A stretch of DNA of 64,000 nt from Chrysemys picta bellii (lineage: Eukaryota): assembly GCF_011386835.1 (NCBI RefSeq), contig NC_088803.1:36394001-36458000 (forward strand). The letters run 5' to 3'. Below are positions 26,143 to 39,124 of this stretch, one piece after another. The notes under the pieces are model-generated. The model was not told where the DNA came from. It saw only the letters and a program-made list of their open reading frames with translations, and searched no databases. Position 1 is the first letter of the stretch. Every line of letters begins with the position of its first letter. The position numbers were made by a program, and so were the translations under genes.

Positions 26143-27439
26143 TATATAAATACAAACTTGGGCCTGCCTTTAGGGAGCTGGCAAGTTGCTGATGTGGCCC
26201 TCTTTGTCACAAACTTTGTGCACTCCTGATCTGCAGCTTACACAGAAGCACAGTCTGAAGTGCAAAGAAAGGCATTGCCACCTTCCCCAGCTCATCCTAG
26301 TCTTGGATTTAGCATTTTCTATCCTCCAGGCACAAGCGGTCTTTTCATTGCCCTTAAAGCATCTTTCCAGATCCCTTTATATTAATAACTGTCACTGACA
26401 AAGTACATAATCAAATGGTGCCGCTGTTTTGGGCTTAGAACAAGAGAAGAGAAGGGGAGCCACTCAGTATAAACCTATCAGACCAGATCATTGTCCAGCA
26501 AGCACCATCTAGTGGACTATTTGATTTTATACTATATATTGTGCAGTCAGGAATAAAAATGACAGTCTCTGTATCTTTCTGAATCCTGCAGATATTCACA
26601 TCCTTTGAGAGTGTGTACTTGGCTGGCAGTCAGACAGTGTGTGGCCTAACAAACCAAGCAAAGGATTGAGAGACAGGATTGCTGGGTTCTATTCTTGGCT
26701 CTGATGCTGACCTTGTGTGACCTTGAGAAAGTTCCCTTCCCTCCCTCTCCTGTCATCAGTTTCCCCATCTGTAAAATGGGGGTGAGACTGATCTTCCCTA
26801 ACAGCTATTGTGAAGTGAATTTGTTAGTGTCTGAAAGGTGATGACTGGAAAAATGGAAAGCATCAAACTGCAGGCATGCAAAAGGTTGAACTACTGTGGG
26901 CTCGCTAGCTAGGAGATTAAGAGTGAGATTGAAAGGTGGGTGAAAGGCTGAATCCAGGACTTCATAAACACAGAAACATGGCCCAACTTAAAAAAAAATG
27001 GTGGAAATCAGCTGCTGTGGTTTTTCCAGCTGGCCTGAGCCAGTGAGTGCCAACATGTATCCTATAGAATCATAAACATAGAACTCAGGAGGTTGTCTAG
27101 TGAAGTCCATGACCCCCAGGCCAGGGCAGGATTAACTATACCTGCCAGATGTTATCTAACCTATTCTGAGAGTGGAATTCATCCCTCCCCCTTTGAGGAG
27201 CAAAATAATTCAGTGAACCCAGCTGCCTTTCTGCACCACACTCAAATGGAGCCAATGCTGAGGCTGGCAAGAGTTAACTTATTTGATGCCTTTGTCTTGC
27301 AGCACTCTACATGCTGTGAAAGTAACATGAAGCCAATGAACTCGGTGAAGAATTGGCCCAGCTTTGTTAGCTACTTGTTTTGTAATGGTTTTGCGCTGTG
27401 GCTAGAGGAAGAGTGAGAAGCAGCAGGAATGGAGGAGCT

Positions 27440-27830
27440 TGTAAGAATAAGAGAGCACCAAAATGAAGGAAGGGGAAGAGGGGCCGTCGCAACTCCTCAC
27501 GTGCCTTGTCTAGTCACGACCAACCAACAGGGTTTTGTAGGCACTACGGTAGAGGTGAGGCCTATGAATTATATTCAGGAGTTTTCCCCAGGCAGCATGG
27601 AAGGAAGTAGGATGGTGTTTAATGAAGAAGTTGAATGGTGGGCAAGGCAGCCAGGGGATGCTGGCAGATCGAAGGCAGCAGCTGACACCACCATGAGTTA
27701 TTAGTTAGGCTGAGATAAAGAGGGAGCCAACGAAGGGACTGATGTGATCAGAGAGACAAGCCATGATGATGATCTTAGCAGCAGTATTCTGGATGGACTT
27801 GCGGTGAACCAGGCTGAAATAGTCAAGCTG
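27440..27830 (-). mobile_element. Old L2 LINE RT C-terminal remnant
   Basis: Minus strand contains degenerate LDY...IQNTAAKII...DHISP segments typical of L2-clade RT ends. Confidence 0.5.
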
Positions 27831-29458
27831 TGAACAATTCCATCTAACTCAGGACACACAGGAAACTTCATTGGAGAACCTGCTTTCGTGCTATTTCCAC
27901 CTGTTTTGCAGAGCTAAGTTCCAGAGTTCAAATAAAACTCCAAGGTTCTTAGTACTTTAGGATGTTTCTTGGAATGGTTTGAGTTCCACTCTTTCCTACA
28001 TTGCTTCCCCAGCCCGGATCAAATAGCATCAGGACTTGATCCATGCTGTGTGCTGAGAAATGTGCTATGATTGGTGCCATCTGCTGCATTTACAATGTTT
28101 GAGTTTGATGCCAAATTATCATAGTATCAGCCTGTCAGTCCAGGCTCCCCCCAGTTCCTGTACATCTTCCCAGCAGCAAGGTCATTGCTCAATTGCAGTT
28201 GGTCTACAAGCACCACTGGAGTGCTTAGCAGGAGCCACTGGCCCAAGGTGACCTGGGATTCCCTTTCACCAAACACAGTAACAATGGAGCGCTCTCATTG
28301 TCAGGGAAAATGGAATGGCTGGGCCAGTTCTCAGTGCTCCCGCTGGTACATGGAGAGTGGGCTTTTGTTTGATGTTTGTTTGCTATGGGTCACAGACAAT
28401 GAATACCAGTTTCAAGGGGAATACAGGCATAGCCTAGAAGAGAAAACATGTCACATGGATGCTTTATAATATGGGTTTGTTAACATCTTGGGCACTTCTC
28501 TCAAGGGCAGGCAGTCACCATTTTATAAGAGGGTATCTTTGCTAATGACAGCATTGCAGTCTCACTCCCCTTGAGAACAGGAAATGGCAGAGGACATTTC
28601 TTCACGGAATTCTCTGTAGATGAACATTCTCCATTGGCCCCCTGCTGAGAAATGTTCTTTTTTGAAGAATGGGTTAAAAATCATTAATCCTAAAAAACCA
28701 CCACCTGTGACAGATTTACTCAAAAGGAAGGAAAGGGACAGATTGGGGAGGGCGTGAGAGGGCGGGGAGTGTGTGTATGGGTAGGAGAAAGCCACAGGAA
28801 GGGGATATTGAGTAATGTGGTTTGCAGGGGGATGTGGGAGGGAGAAAGTGAGAAAATGGGTGTGGGTAGGCGTAGAGAAACGCAGGGGACATGAGGGAAA
28901 CTTAGGTGCACGTACAGGGGAATGTGGAGGCCAGGAGCTGGGGGAAACTGGCCAGTACACTCTGGCTGGTTTGTGCTGCTCCAGAGTAGGGTAAAAGCAG
29001 AAAGAGCCTCCTGCTGGAATCTGGCCCTAAAAGTTAAAAGAAAAAAAAGATTGAAGCTATCTAATAGCCTTAACATTCTCTTTGCATTTCTTTAGGGTTC
29101 ATGTATGAAACTTATTAATAAAAAGCAATACAAAGATAAAAACATTGAGCTGGAATTAAAAGGTAAAACATGACAGGGATTTTGTAATTATCAGAAAGCC
29201 CAAGAGATTCAGAGTTAAGGCTAAACTTAAAAGAAACCCAAACCGTGTTAAGGAATGGAATGCACAGGTAAGGCACCCAAATAACCTTAATTGTGCCTTC
29301 TAGTGACATGATGAGGGAGAAAAGTCAACAAAATGAATTTGTCTAAAAATCAGTTTAATCTCATCTGGGACTACAAACACTACTATGCATTAATAATAGT
29401 CGTATAGTTATTGCATGGCATCACTAGAGGTAGAACCTGTTGGTTCAAGCTGACGCTT

Positions 29459-29621
29459 GGAGCTGCGGTGCAACACAGATGATGTGCGCAACACAGACGA
29501 TGACGCATTGTTGATGAATGCCTGCTGACTAGGTTCAGCGGTGGCCTAGAAGAACTGCATCACGCCACTGAAAATGCCATCGCTTGGCTAGAGGATTATG
29601 CACATGCTAAATAAAATAAAT
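29459..29621 (+). mobile_element. 5'-truncated Vingi/Jockey-like LINE 3' end
   Basis: With one frameshift it reads SCGATQ..TQTMTH-VDECLLTRFSGGLEELHHATENAIAWLEDYAHAK* followed by an AAATAAAATAAAT tail (CCHC-knuckle-type C-terminus). Contains a short internal tandem duplication. Confidence 0.65.
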
Positions 29622-31107
29622 CACTACGGGGAAAGTTATGGTTCTTTAGGTGCCTTAGCTGTGTGTTTCCAGACTGCAGCATGTTTAGATTTCTTTTAAA
29701 AGCATTAACTCTGAACTTCCTGGATTTGCAATGCTTTTTTGGGGGGGATAATTACAATATCCCTGTAATATACTTACCCATAAATTACTGATCTATACTC
29801 AACCTGAACTCCAGATGTATGTAGATTTTATCTGGGAATTCTCACTGAGGTTCCGCAGCACAGAATGAAAGTACAGACACATACACCTGCTACAACCTAT
29901 TTGTAAAGAAACTGCAGTAGTTCTCAAACCTGCTACCCACTGATCTTGAGGTTTACAAGTAGAGATTGCAATAGTGCTTGGCAGGGCACATGCAGGCCGT
30001 TGGCCCTTCTATCACAGGCCTGTAGCTGGTGCTCAGTGCGGAGTGAGCTTGGGAAATTATTTGCCCTGTGAAAAAAAGTAGATGAAAATGGAATGGGGGG
30101 GGCGGGTGTCATTTGGTAAGTTAAAAAACCCCCCAAAGGTTTTGATTTTTGACAAATGTAAAAACAGAGACCCTTCAGTTTTCAAGTGTGTTTTTTGGTG
30201 AAAATTTCAGTTTAGTCAAAAGTGCCATTTTCTGCCAACAGAATGTTTTGACAGAAAATTTTCATTCAGCTTCAGTGTTATTGCCCTTCATCATCTAGTT
30301 TGTATGATGTGTGTATAGTCTCTCTGCCCCATTCCAGACTCTCTGCCTATGGCAACACTGGCCCAGAAACAACCAATGAGGAAAAACCCTAAGTTGATGT
30401 ACACAGGTGCTGATTTTCTCCTATATGCAGTGTGGCCTAGTGGACTGGGATTCAGATCTGAATTATTGCCAGCTCTGCTATGGGCCTGCACTGTGACCTT
30501 GAGCAAGTCACTTCACTTTTCTCTGCCTCAATTTCCCCATCTATAAAATACACAATACTTATCTCCTTTGTGAAGCGCTTTAACACGTACAGATGAACAG
30601 TGCTATGAAAGAGCTAATATTATTAATATTATATAGGGTGCAGAAACATGCTCTACTACAGTCTGCACTTCTAAACATAGCTGTGAGGAAGAAGCCTTCA
30701 AAATTTGCTTCAAGTGGAACCATCTATGCAATACTCAGATTCAGCAATGAAAGACACCCTGCCCAACACACAGATTATTTACTTATCCTTCCCACACAAG
30801 TAGGCTGGTTTAAGACAGAGCCCTAGCTACATATTGTTTCTTTAAGTTACTGGGCCCTACTTTGTCTTAAGTATGTTGCAGTTAAAACGAGAAAGGATCT
30901 CCCAAACACCACAAATCCCCTGATTCAATCATAAAAGGCTATTCTTCTAAGACATATAGCGCAAGCAGTACAGGCAGCTCAAATGTCCACAGCACAGACC
31001 AAAGAACAGAGGGCGTTTATTTGATCTACAATGAATTCTTTGAGCTTTGCAGAGTTTAATGCATTCTTTTAAAACACTAAGCTCAGAGGCTATTGTCTGT
31101 TTTTCAC

Positions 31108-31113
31108 TTTATT
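31108..31113 (-). terminator. Polyadenylation signal AATAAA for the OSER1 paralog (second at 31016-31021)
   Basis: TTTATT on the plus strand about 150 and 245 nt past the paralog stop codon. Confidence 0.6.
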
Positions 31114-31263
31114 AAAAAACTACACTGTATGGTGCAAAGAAACATTTGATCAAATACACAGCAATGAGAATGGCCAAATTCCCACCCCTGGCTCTGAGGG
31201 AGCACGTCATCCACTCATTACTACTGAATTTCCAGCCCATGATTCTCCATAGATTCCTTATAG

Positions 31264-31966
31264 TCAAGTGTACATCATTTCTGCCATGTGGGACATTTTC
31301 TTGGGAATATATAAGTAATATTCCATGTATCCTGAAAGATCTTCAATTGTCACATCGTCCACGAAGGCTCGAGCTTGCTCAGAACAAGATCGGGGAGAAC
31401 CTGATGAAGCCATACCAGAGGGCGATTTGTTCTGCAGAGACTGGGAATGGACTTCTAGCACTGCCTTTTCACATTCTGACAGGACGCTCCGTAAGCCAGA
31501 AAAAGAGTACACTTCCATGTCTTGCCACTGTCTGCACTGGCATTCCTTGCCCTCGCAAGGACACTGCTTGCTATCGCTGAGCACAGATAATGACTGGAAA
31601 TCTGAAGGCTGGCTAGAATCCAGGTTGGTTTCAAAGGACGAAGAAACAGCAGCAGAATTCTCTCTTGAATTCTCCAAAGGCTGTTCAATTGTGGAAGCTC
31701 CCAAAGGTTCATTTCTGGCTCTTCTGCAATCACTGGCATCAAAGCAGGAATCATACTTGTCCCCTGTACACGGTCCTTCTGCAACACAAATGTCTGAGCT
31801 GATATTACTCTTTGAAGTGTCTGGCTGGCTTTTGTGTTTCAACTGGCTGCGGGCAGAAGATGCTTTCATACTGCAGTAGGTAAACTTGGGAGGATGCAGG
31901 ACAGGAGACTTGGAACGCCTGCGACGCTGGGTTCTTGATGACCCCCTGGAGGGCTTCCTCACACAC
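31264..31966 (-). CDS. OSER1 paralog, last coding exon (703 nt)
   Basis: cactaacag|G TGT GTG AGG AAG: same acceptor position and phase as OSER1 exon 4. Open frame [26 protein letters not shown]...[10 protein letters not shown]...[31 protein letters not shown]; 43 of the last 44 aa are identical to OSER1. Confidence 0.95.
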
Positions 31967-33009
31967 CTGTTAGTGAACAAAATATGAACAATTAGGTTAC
32001 TCAGAACTCAATTCCGGAGCCTAATGCTTTCCAAAACAGGACCTCACGTACAGCAAGACAGTGTCAAGTATCCGACCTGAATGATGATTATCTGTACAGC
32101 TACAGAAAAACCCAGCACGCCACTGGTATCTGAATACCCTCAGGAGACTAAATCACAGAAGAGAATTGACAAGAGATATTCAGAATGCACATTCACAATA
32201 GCTACAAATGCCAGTGTTTTGGTGATTAAACTCTTGTGTGTTTAAATAAAAGGGAATGGGGAGAGAGAACTGACCTTCCTTCCACCCTAGATTATGCTGG
32301 AAGCAGAAGAAAGTGGGAGAACAGGATCTAGAGAGTATTGTAAGAAGGATTGTGAGGGAGCTGATACCCCAGAGGAAGGATGCTTTCCTGCTGTAAGATT
32401 GTTTTTGTAACTGAACACACCAAGCTGAGGAGGTTTTGAAGTTGCTGTTGAGGGAAGCAGCAACAGACTCAGGAGAAAGGAACTGATGCTGGGTTTTATT
32501 TCATTTATATTGAATTACAAAATGATCATCCAGGACACGTAAGGATCTGGGTGGAAGAAAGGAGCGGAAAGGACTGAGATGACAATTGTCACAGATACTG
32601 ATACTCAGGAGGATGTAATTGATATGATGACAGAAGAGGAGTTGATATGGAATATTGTTATAAATACTGTAGGAGCAGAAATGTATTGATATGTAACCTC
32701 GTTATTGAGAGAGTATAAACTTTTACTGGGGTAGTGGAATGTTTATTGCACACCATAATGCTTGGCTTCAATAGGGGCTGTAGGAAAAACAAACAGGGAA
32801 GCAAAACAATGGCTTCCCAGATAAGAACATCTAGGTACATACTTGAACGACAATGAGCCATGGTGTTAGGATCAGGGATCCTGTCTCCTCTGTTTTCATC
32901 AAGTTGCAAACCTCCCAGATCAAAGGGCTACAAACAGTTAGGGAGTATTTTGATTCGTGGGAAGATGGAGAGGGTTGTCTCTGGTCAGCATCTGTCTAAG
33001 GAGACAAGC

Positions 33010-33435
33010 TGTCACGGACAGGCTCTGTGGAGGAGTCTGAAGGAACTGGTCCTTCCCAGATCTAAGAAGTGGTAAGCCTTAAGGGGCACAGCTAGATATA
33101 CGTACAGTCTGTCCTATATTTTTTAAGATCTGTTTTCTATGAAATGCTTTTGTGCTAAATAACTAATACTTTGCTTTAAGGAGGCTGTTTGGTCACTGCT
33201 TACCTCTGTCATTGCCCCAGAGGGAACAGAATTCCAGGGTCTGAAAATATATCAGATCTGCTGAGGTAATCAGTTAGTACCAGGGGACTGATACCTGAAG
33301 CCTGGTCTGAGAATGGAAGAATCACACAGTTCGACTCAGAGCCAGGTAGCAGCTAGATAACTGAGAGCTGAAGGATGATATTACTCAAAAACATCAGGAG
33401 TGATCAGAGGTGCAGTTAGCCCAGTAACTGTGACA
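33010..33435 (+). mobile_element. Possible solo LTR in paralog intron 3
   Basis: TGTCAC...TGTGACA termini and LTR-like content; no matching TSD found. Confidence 0.35.
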
Positions 33436-33688
33436 CATATAGATAGATACCAGTATCTCTTGAAGGGAGACAATCAAACAGGATTTGCTTCAAGGGTTTG
33501 TTAAAAGGCTATTAAAAAGAATCAAGATGAACTCTAAGTTAAGGTTTCTATAAACAAAAAAGGGGGAAATAATATGGCTCAGCTGCTTAATTAAACAAGC
33601 AATCCCTGTCTGAAATGATGTTATGCATGTTTTCATCATCTCTAATTAACAAGGCATAAATATACAGTTCAGTTAACAATGTGTTTTA

Positions 33689-33895
<207 letters not shown>

Positions 33896-34460
33896 CTACA
33901 TTAATGGTAATGGGATGTAAATCCATGTTCCAATTTCTATTGTCACAGGTTCATTGCTAAACAGAGACTTATGGTTTCACTGAAAACAGGAGGACAGGAT
34001 GTCTATAGCAGGAGACCAAGGAGCCAGTGGGAAGGAAGGGAGATGTGGCAAGAGAAGTGAAGAGGCTACCTATCCATTATTCCGCTCAGACAGAAATGAA
34101 ATGCAAGGCAACTCCTCTATAGGACTCTAGGCCCTGTTTTTCAGAACTGCAAGCATACAATTCCATTACCAGAAATGCCTTGTTTGCCTAACTCTCTCAA
34201 CTGCAGTAAATGCAAATAGCCAGTCAGAAGTCTAATGAGCCATCTATACATACAAACCCTGTGATTAAACATGTGTTTCCACCCCAGAGGTAACTACATT
34301 GCAGTGGTCATTGAAATGACTCCTTTATGTCCCTTACTTACCTGAGGGGAGATTGGAGACTTAGGTAATGCCTCTAAAGCATTGAACAATGGAAGTACAA
34401 AGTGTTTTTCATTTTATTAAAACTTGACAAACTGAGCTACTTTTCTACAAGCTCACTTAC

Positions 34461-34537
34461 CCTGCTGCATCTACTCTTAGCTTTTTGAAAGCTGTCTGCA
34501 GACTCTCTTCCTCTCTGTCTTTATCTTCTGAGTCCAT
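34461..34537 (-). CDS. OSER1 paralog, first coding exon (77 coding nt; exon 34461-34582)
   Basis: Translates [26 protein letters not shown], then |gtaagt; 22/26 identical to OSER1. Acceptor tttttcag at 34583. Total CDS 77+111+703=891 nt = 296 aa + stop. Confidence 0.95.
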
Positions 34538-34547
34538 TGATGAGCTG

Positions 34548-34571
34548 TCAGAGTAATACTGATTGGGCCAT
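34548..34571 (-). other. uORF (MAQSVLL*) in the paralog 5' UTR
   Basis: ATG GCC CAA TCA GTA TTA CTC TGA lies inside the predicted exon and ends 10 nt before the main ATG. Confidence 0.6.
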
Positions 34572-35252
34572 GGAAGTGTGCACTGAAAAATATACAAATT
34601 GTGATTTGATGTTGGGAACTAAAGACGTAATGGTCTCTGAATAAAACTCCACACAACTGAAATGAAACACAACATGGTGACTCATTCCTCTAATGTCAGT
34701 CCCATTGCCTTCAGAGTAAAACCATTCCATTAATATTATATATTCACCATGAACTGTGTCCTCAGCATTGTTCACAACACAGAGGAAGACACAACCTCTG
34801 CCCTGAAGAATTACAATCTAAGTCTTGCCAAGTCCCTACACGCCGTTTTAACACAAGATGTACTTTGGCAGTTGATATTAGTTTATAAAACAGTAACACT
34901 GCCATTTCAATTTCACTTAAGCACTTGCCATTGACAGAAGGGATACTGACCTCAATCAGCCCTCCTGAGTAGTTTCTGGTCAGCATGCTGAACCAACTCA
35001 CGGAGGAACCTTTGTGTCAATAAGCTAAAGAGAAGCTACCGAGAAAGAGTAAGAGAAGTGAAGCCTATAAAAAGTATATATGTTATCTGCTTGAAATCAT
35101 ACAGAGAAGAGTTCATTTCAGTCTATAGGGCTACACCACAGACAGGAGTGTAGGATTTAGAGACTAAACAGTTAATTGAGTTGTACTGCTTTTGTAACCT
35201 GTTACTTTAGATAGGCCACACTTAGCCTAGACAAGGAGATATAAATAACAGG

Positions 35253-36463
35253 TAGAGCCCTACCAAATTCAGGCTTCAATTAGGTCAATTTCACTGCCAC
35301 GGGGGGAGGAGGGGGGGGGGCGGAGGTAGAGGGGGGCACGGGGGGAGGGGGATGTCTTTAAAAAAAAAAAAGAAGGTAAATTTCATGATTGCAGATGTTT
35401 ACATCTGAAATGTCACAGTGTTGTAACCCCAGGGATCCGGATCCAAAAGGGGATTGTGTGGGGGTCCCAAACCTGTTCTAGAGGGGTAACAGGATTGCCA
35501 TTCTCATTTCTGTGCTGCAGAGTTTCCTGCAGCTGGAGGAGGCTCCCGGAGGTGGAGGTAGGTCCGATCTCCCTAGTGTTGCTGGAAGCACTCCAACTGG
35601 GCATTCCTAGCTGCTAGTCAAGGCTAGTGATGGATTAATGCATGGGCCCCGGGTCAATTTGAAAAATGGGTGCCCCAGCCCTGGCAGGAGCCATAGGGTG
35701 GAAGCCCTGAGCCCAGGCAGGAGCTAGGAGTGGGGGCAGAAGCCCCAAGCCTGGGCAGCCTGGAGCCCAGGCAGGAGCTGTGGAGGGCAAAAACTCCAAG
35801 TCCCAGCTGGAGCCGTGCGGGGTGGCAGCCCCATCCCAGGTCCCCAAGCCCGGGCAGGAGCCATGGGGGGGTGGAGGCAGCCCTAAGCCTGACAGAAGCT
35901 GTGGGGGCTGGAACCGCAGGGGGTGGAAGCACCAAGTCCCGGCTGGAGCCTGGGTGCCCCCAGCCCCGGCGGGAGCCACTGGCGGGGGGACAGCAGCCCT
36001 GCGCTTGAGCGCCTAGAGCCTGGGCAGGACGAGAAAGGGGGCAGCTCTGAGCTGGGCTGGAGCTGTCTGGGGGTGGCAGCCCCCAGCCCAGGTCTCTGAG
36101 CCCAGGCAAGAGCCACGGGAGGGGGAGCAGCCCTCAGCCCGGCTGCCCCAAGCCTGGGCAGGAGTCACAGGTGGCAGCAGCCCCCAGCCTGGGTGTCCCG
36201 AGCACTGGCAAGAGCCGTGGGGGGGTGGCAGCCTGGAGCCCAGCTCTAGGGCTGCTGCAGCGCAGAAGTGAAGGGGGTACTCACTTCTGTGCTGCCTGTG
36301 GAGATAGATCTGATCTCCCTCCGATAACAGCCGTGCAGGGGAAGTACAAGTCTTGTCCCTCCACTGCCCGGTTTATTTCTGGGAAATCTGATTTCACAGG
36401 GTTGGGCTTATTTCATGGTCCATTACGTGTTTTTCTCATGGCTGTGAAATTGGTTGGGCCCCA
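35253..36463. mobile_element. hAT-type non-autonomous element (~1.2 kb) with internal GC-rich tandem repeats
   Basis: TIR TAGAGCCCTACCAAATTCA / TGAAATTGGTTGGGCCCCA; 8-bp TSD ATAACAGG / ATAATAGG; internal GGAGCC/CAGCCC repeats at about 35690-36260. Confidence 0.8.
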
Positions 36464-37007
36464 ATAATAGGAATTGAAGTGTTGGGCATAAACAGCATAA
36501 TTATATGGAAGGACAGAATGTAGAAATATTTACCATTAAACAGTTGGTAGTGTTGTATATTGCTCTTGCAACTTGATCCCTGACTTGAAGGCAGGTTTCC
36601 TCCCTGCCACACCTAGCTTGGACTAGGAGCAGAAGACAATAAAGCCCACATTGGAAGAAAGTACCTCTGTGTACATCTATCCCATCAGTCCTGGGCTATA
36701 AAGATTATAGAGAACAAATGAAAGCATTTTGCTGTCTGAATCTTAAGGAGGTGGCTGAGCATAGTGCTCGCTATTGAGAAACTGGCTGATCATAATGCTT
36801 GCTATTAAGAATTCACTGCTATCTGTTGTCCTAGGTGGATTTTCTCTTCTGTACACTGCCCCACTGCTACTGGAGAGCTCTCCCATAGGTCTAAGAGCTA
36901 ATATCAAGGGATCACTTCCTTCCACTGCAGCAGAAGGACCAGCACCTTGATCTGGGTCCTCAGACATGAGCTATGTTCTCCAATATCTATTCTTTCATGC
37001 TCTATGT

Positions 37008-37538
37008 CAGTGGTTCCCAAACTTTTTACTCAGGTGACCCACCAACTGCATTTAGTCTTTTTTTGCAACTGACTCAGGGGTCATATTTGGGGGGAGGAGG
37101 GGCAAAATGGGAGGCCTCCTCACCCTGCTGGGGGGCACCAACCACCCACACCAGCACCCTCTGCCTTGGCCCCACAACCCGAATCTTAGCCTAGTGTGGA
37201 GGAGAGGCTTGGGGGAAGGAGGTTGGAGAGCAAGCCCACCCTGCACTCACATACCAGTAGATGCTCCTGACAGTTACCCACTCTGGGTGTTGTGATCTGG
37301 TGCATAGGATTGCGGTGCCATTCAGGTTTGGCCAAGCCACCCCCGAGTAGCAATGCAACGCAACCCCAAACATTAGGTCACAATCCCTGGAGCAAGGAAC
37401 TGGGCCCAGCCCTGAGAGAGTTTTGGGGTGAGTGCAGGGTGGGCTCACTTTCCAACCCTCCACCTACGAATCTCCCCTCTGCACCAGGTTCACAACCCAT
37501 TTAGAACTTTGTTGGGACTCACCATTTGGGAAACACTG
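37008..37538. mobile_element. hAT-type MITE (531 bp)
   Basis: TIR CAGTGGTTCCCAAA / TTTGGGAAACACTG; perfect 8-bp TSD CTCTATGT (37000-37007, 37539-37546). Confidence 0.93.
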
Positions 37539-38873
37539 CTCTATGTGCATCATAGGCTGCAAAGTGAAACTTACAAATTGCTTGGGTACATTTCCCTCTG
37601 CTGTTCATAGTGCACATACAGAACTGGCTAAATGGCAAAAAGACATGCAGGAAAAAGGAGAGACAACAAATCAGGGTGGAAGTAGAAAGACAAAGTTAGT
37701 CACCTCAGAGCTGAACCAGGACAAAAATGCCTCAGTTGTACTCTCTGCTTATAAATTCCTGGCTTGGAGCAAGGTGCTGCCACTCTCTTTCTGCCCTGAT
37801 TTAACAGCATCCCAAAGGCTATTTAAGCCTTTTAAAGGTGTGCAATGTACCTTCAGATCTGGACTAGACAGGAAGGTAGGCGACAACAACTTGACACTTT
37901 CTGTAGTGAAAACTCAACTATTTCAATTTAATAAGCAATTGTAAATATATTACATTTAACAGATACAATAAAACCTTGCATGCCATACAATGCTAACGAC
38001 CATGCTTTTTGGACAGCTGCGCTGTCCTTCAGCTTGTCATCCCCAATGTATTCAAGGGGAGTGTTCTCAGCATGTGCACCTGTTGTGTTGCTGGGTTTCC
38101 ATTGTATCTATCTAGGTTTTTTACAGTTTAATCACCATGGTATCTGAGCACCATCATATCATGTTGTATATATCTGCAAAGTAGAAAGGTGTGATAAAAA
38201 TATTCATAGCCAAATAGAAAATAACACAATGTGAAGTGTGATTCTTCTCTAAACGATAACTCTATAAAATGCCATTTTCTTACCCTATAGATCTGTGTGT
38301 ATTCAGTCATGCTTAGTTTTCTATCAAAAACACATTTTTATTACTGTTTACTTCAGTTAGCTCTGTGCAGCTCTGGGAGAGGAAAAGAGATCCTATTCTG
38401 GGAGCTCCTGCATCAACAAATTGTTAACCACATTGCTCAATTTCTGTCCTCAGGGTATGTAAAACCATGAAAGACAACTCAAGGTAATGATGCTACACTG
38501 ATGCCTGTGAAGGCATAATTTAATCTCCATAACCTGCAATTTGATTTGACTCAGTCCTGGATGAGTTTGTGGCACTGGCACGCAGGAAACATCCACCCCA
38601 ACACTCACGTTACAAGTACAAAAGGCCACACTTGACTAGGAGTCATTGAAACACAAACATCGAGTCCCACAATGACTCTTCCACACAGCCTTCTCTGAAA
38701 AGTGTGATTTTATTTCCCACCCACCTACACATACGCGTTTTGTTTCAAATTTGACTCAGGCCTTGCTACACAGAAAAGTGGTACTGCTTTAACAAAGCCA
38801 GGATAGATAAAGCAGTACAATCCTCACAGTTATATCAGTACAAACGTGCTTACAGTGGTGTGGTATAAGCTTA

Positions 38874-39124
38874 GGGCTTGTCTACACTGGCACTTTACAG
38901 CGCTGCAACTTTCTTGCTCAGGAATGTGAAAAAACACCGCCCTGAGCACTGCAAGTTTCAGCGCTGTAGAGTGCCAGTGTAGACAGTGCACCAGTACTGG
39001 GAGCGCCCCTCATGGAGATGTTCTTTTTAGAGTGCTGGGAGAGCTCTCTACCAGTACTGGTGCCGCAAGCCACGTTAAAGCGTTGCAACAGCAGCGCTTT
39101 AACGTTGCCAGTGAAGACATGCCC
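38874..39124. mobile_element. PIF/Harbinger-type MITE
   Basis: TIR GGGCTTGTCTACACTGGCA / TGCCAGTGAAGACATGCCC; TSD imperfect. Confidence 0.75.

Noticed and set aside
31258-31266. UGA-CUA readthrough-like context at the paralog stop
   Set aside because: It is not the full UGA-CUAG motif, and TAA follows after one codon, so any extension would be trivial.
31967-31980. ORF-track start MFTNR for the paralog's last exon
   Set aside because: This is intronic sequence before the acceptor at 31967; the real start is the ATG at 34537.
35635-36467. Cluster of Pro/Gly-rich ORFs
   Set aside because: They lie in tandem repeats inside a hAT element bounded by TIRs and a TSD.
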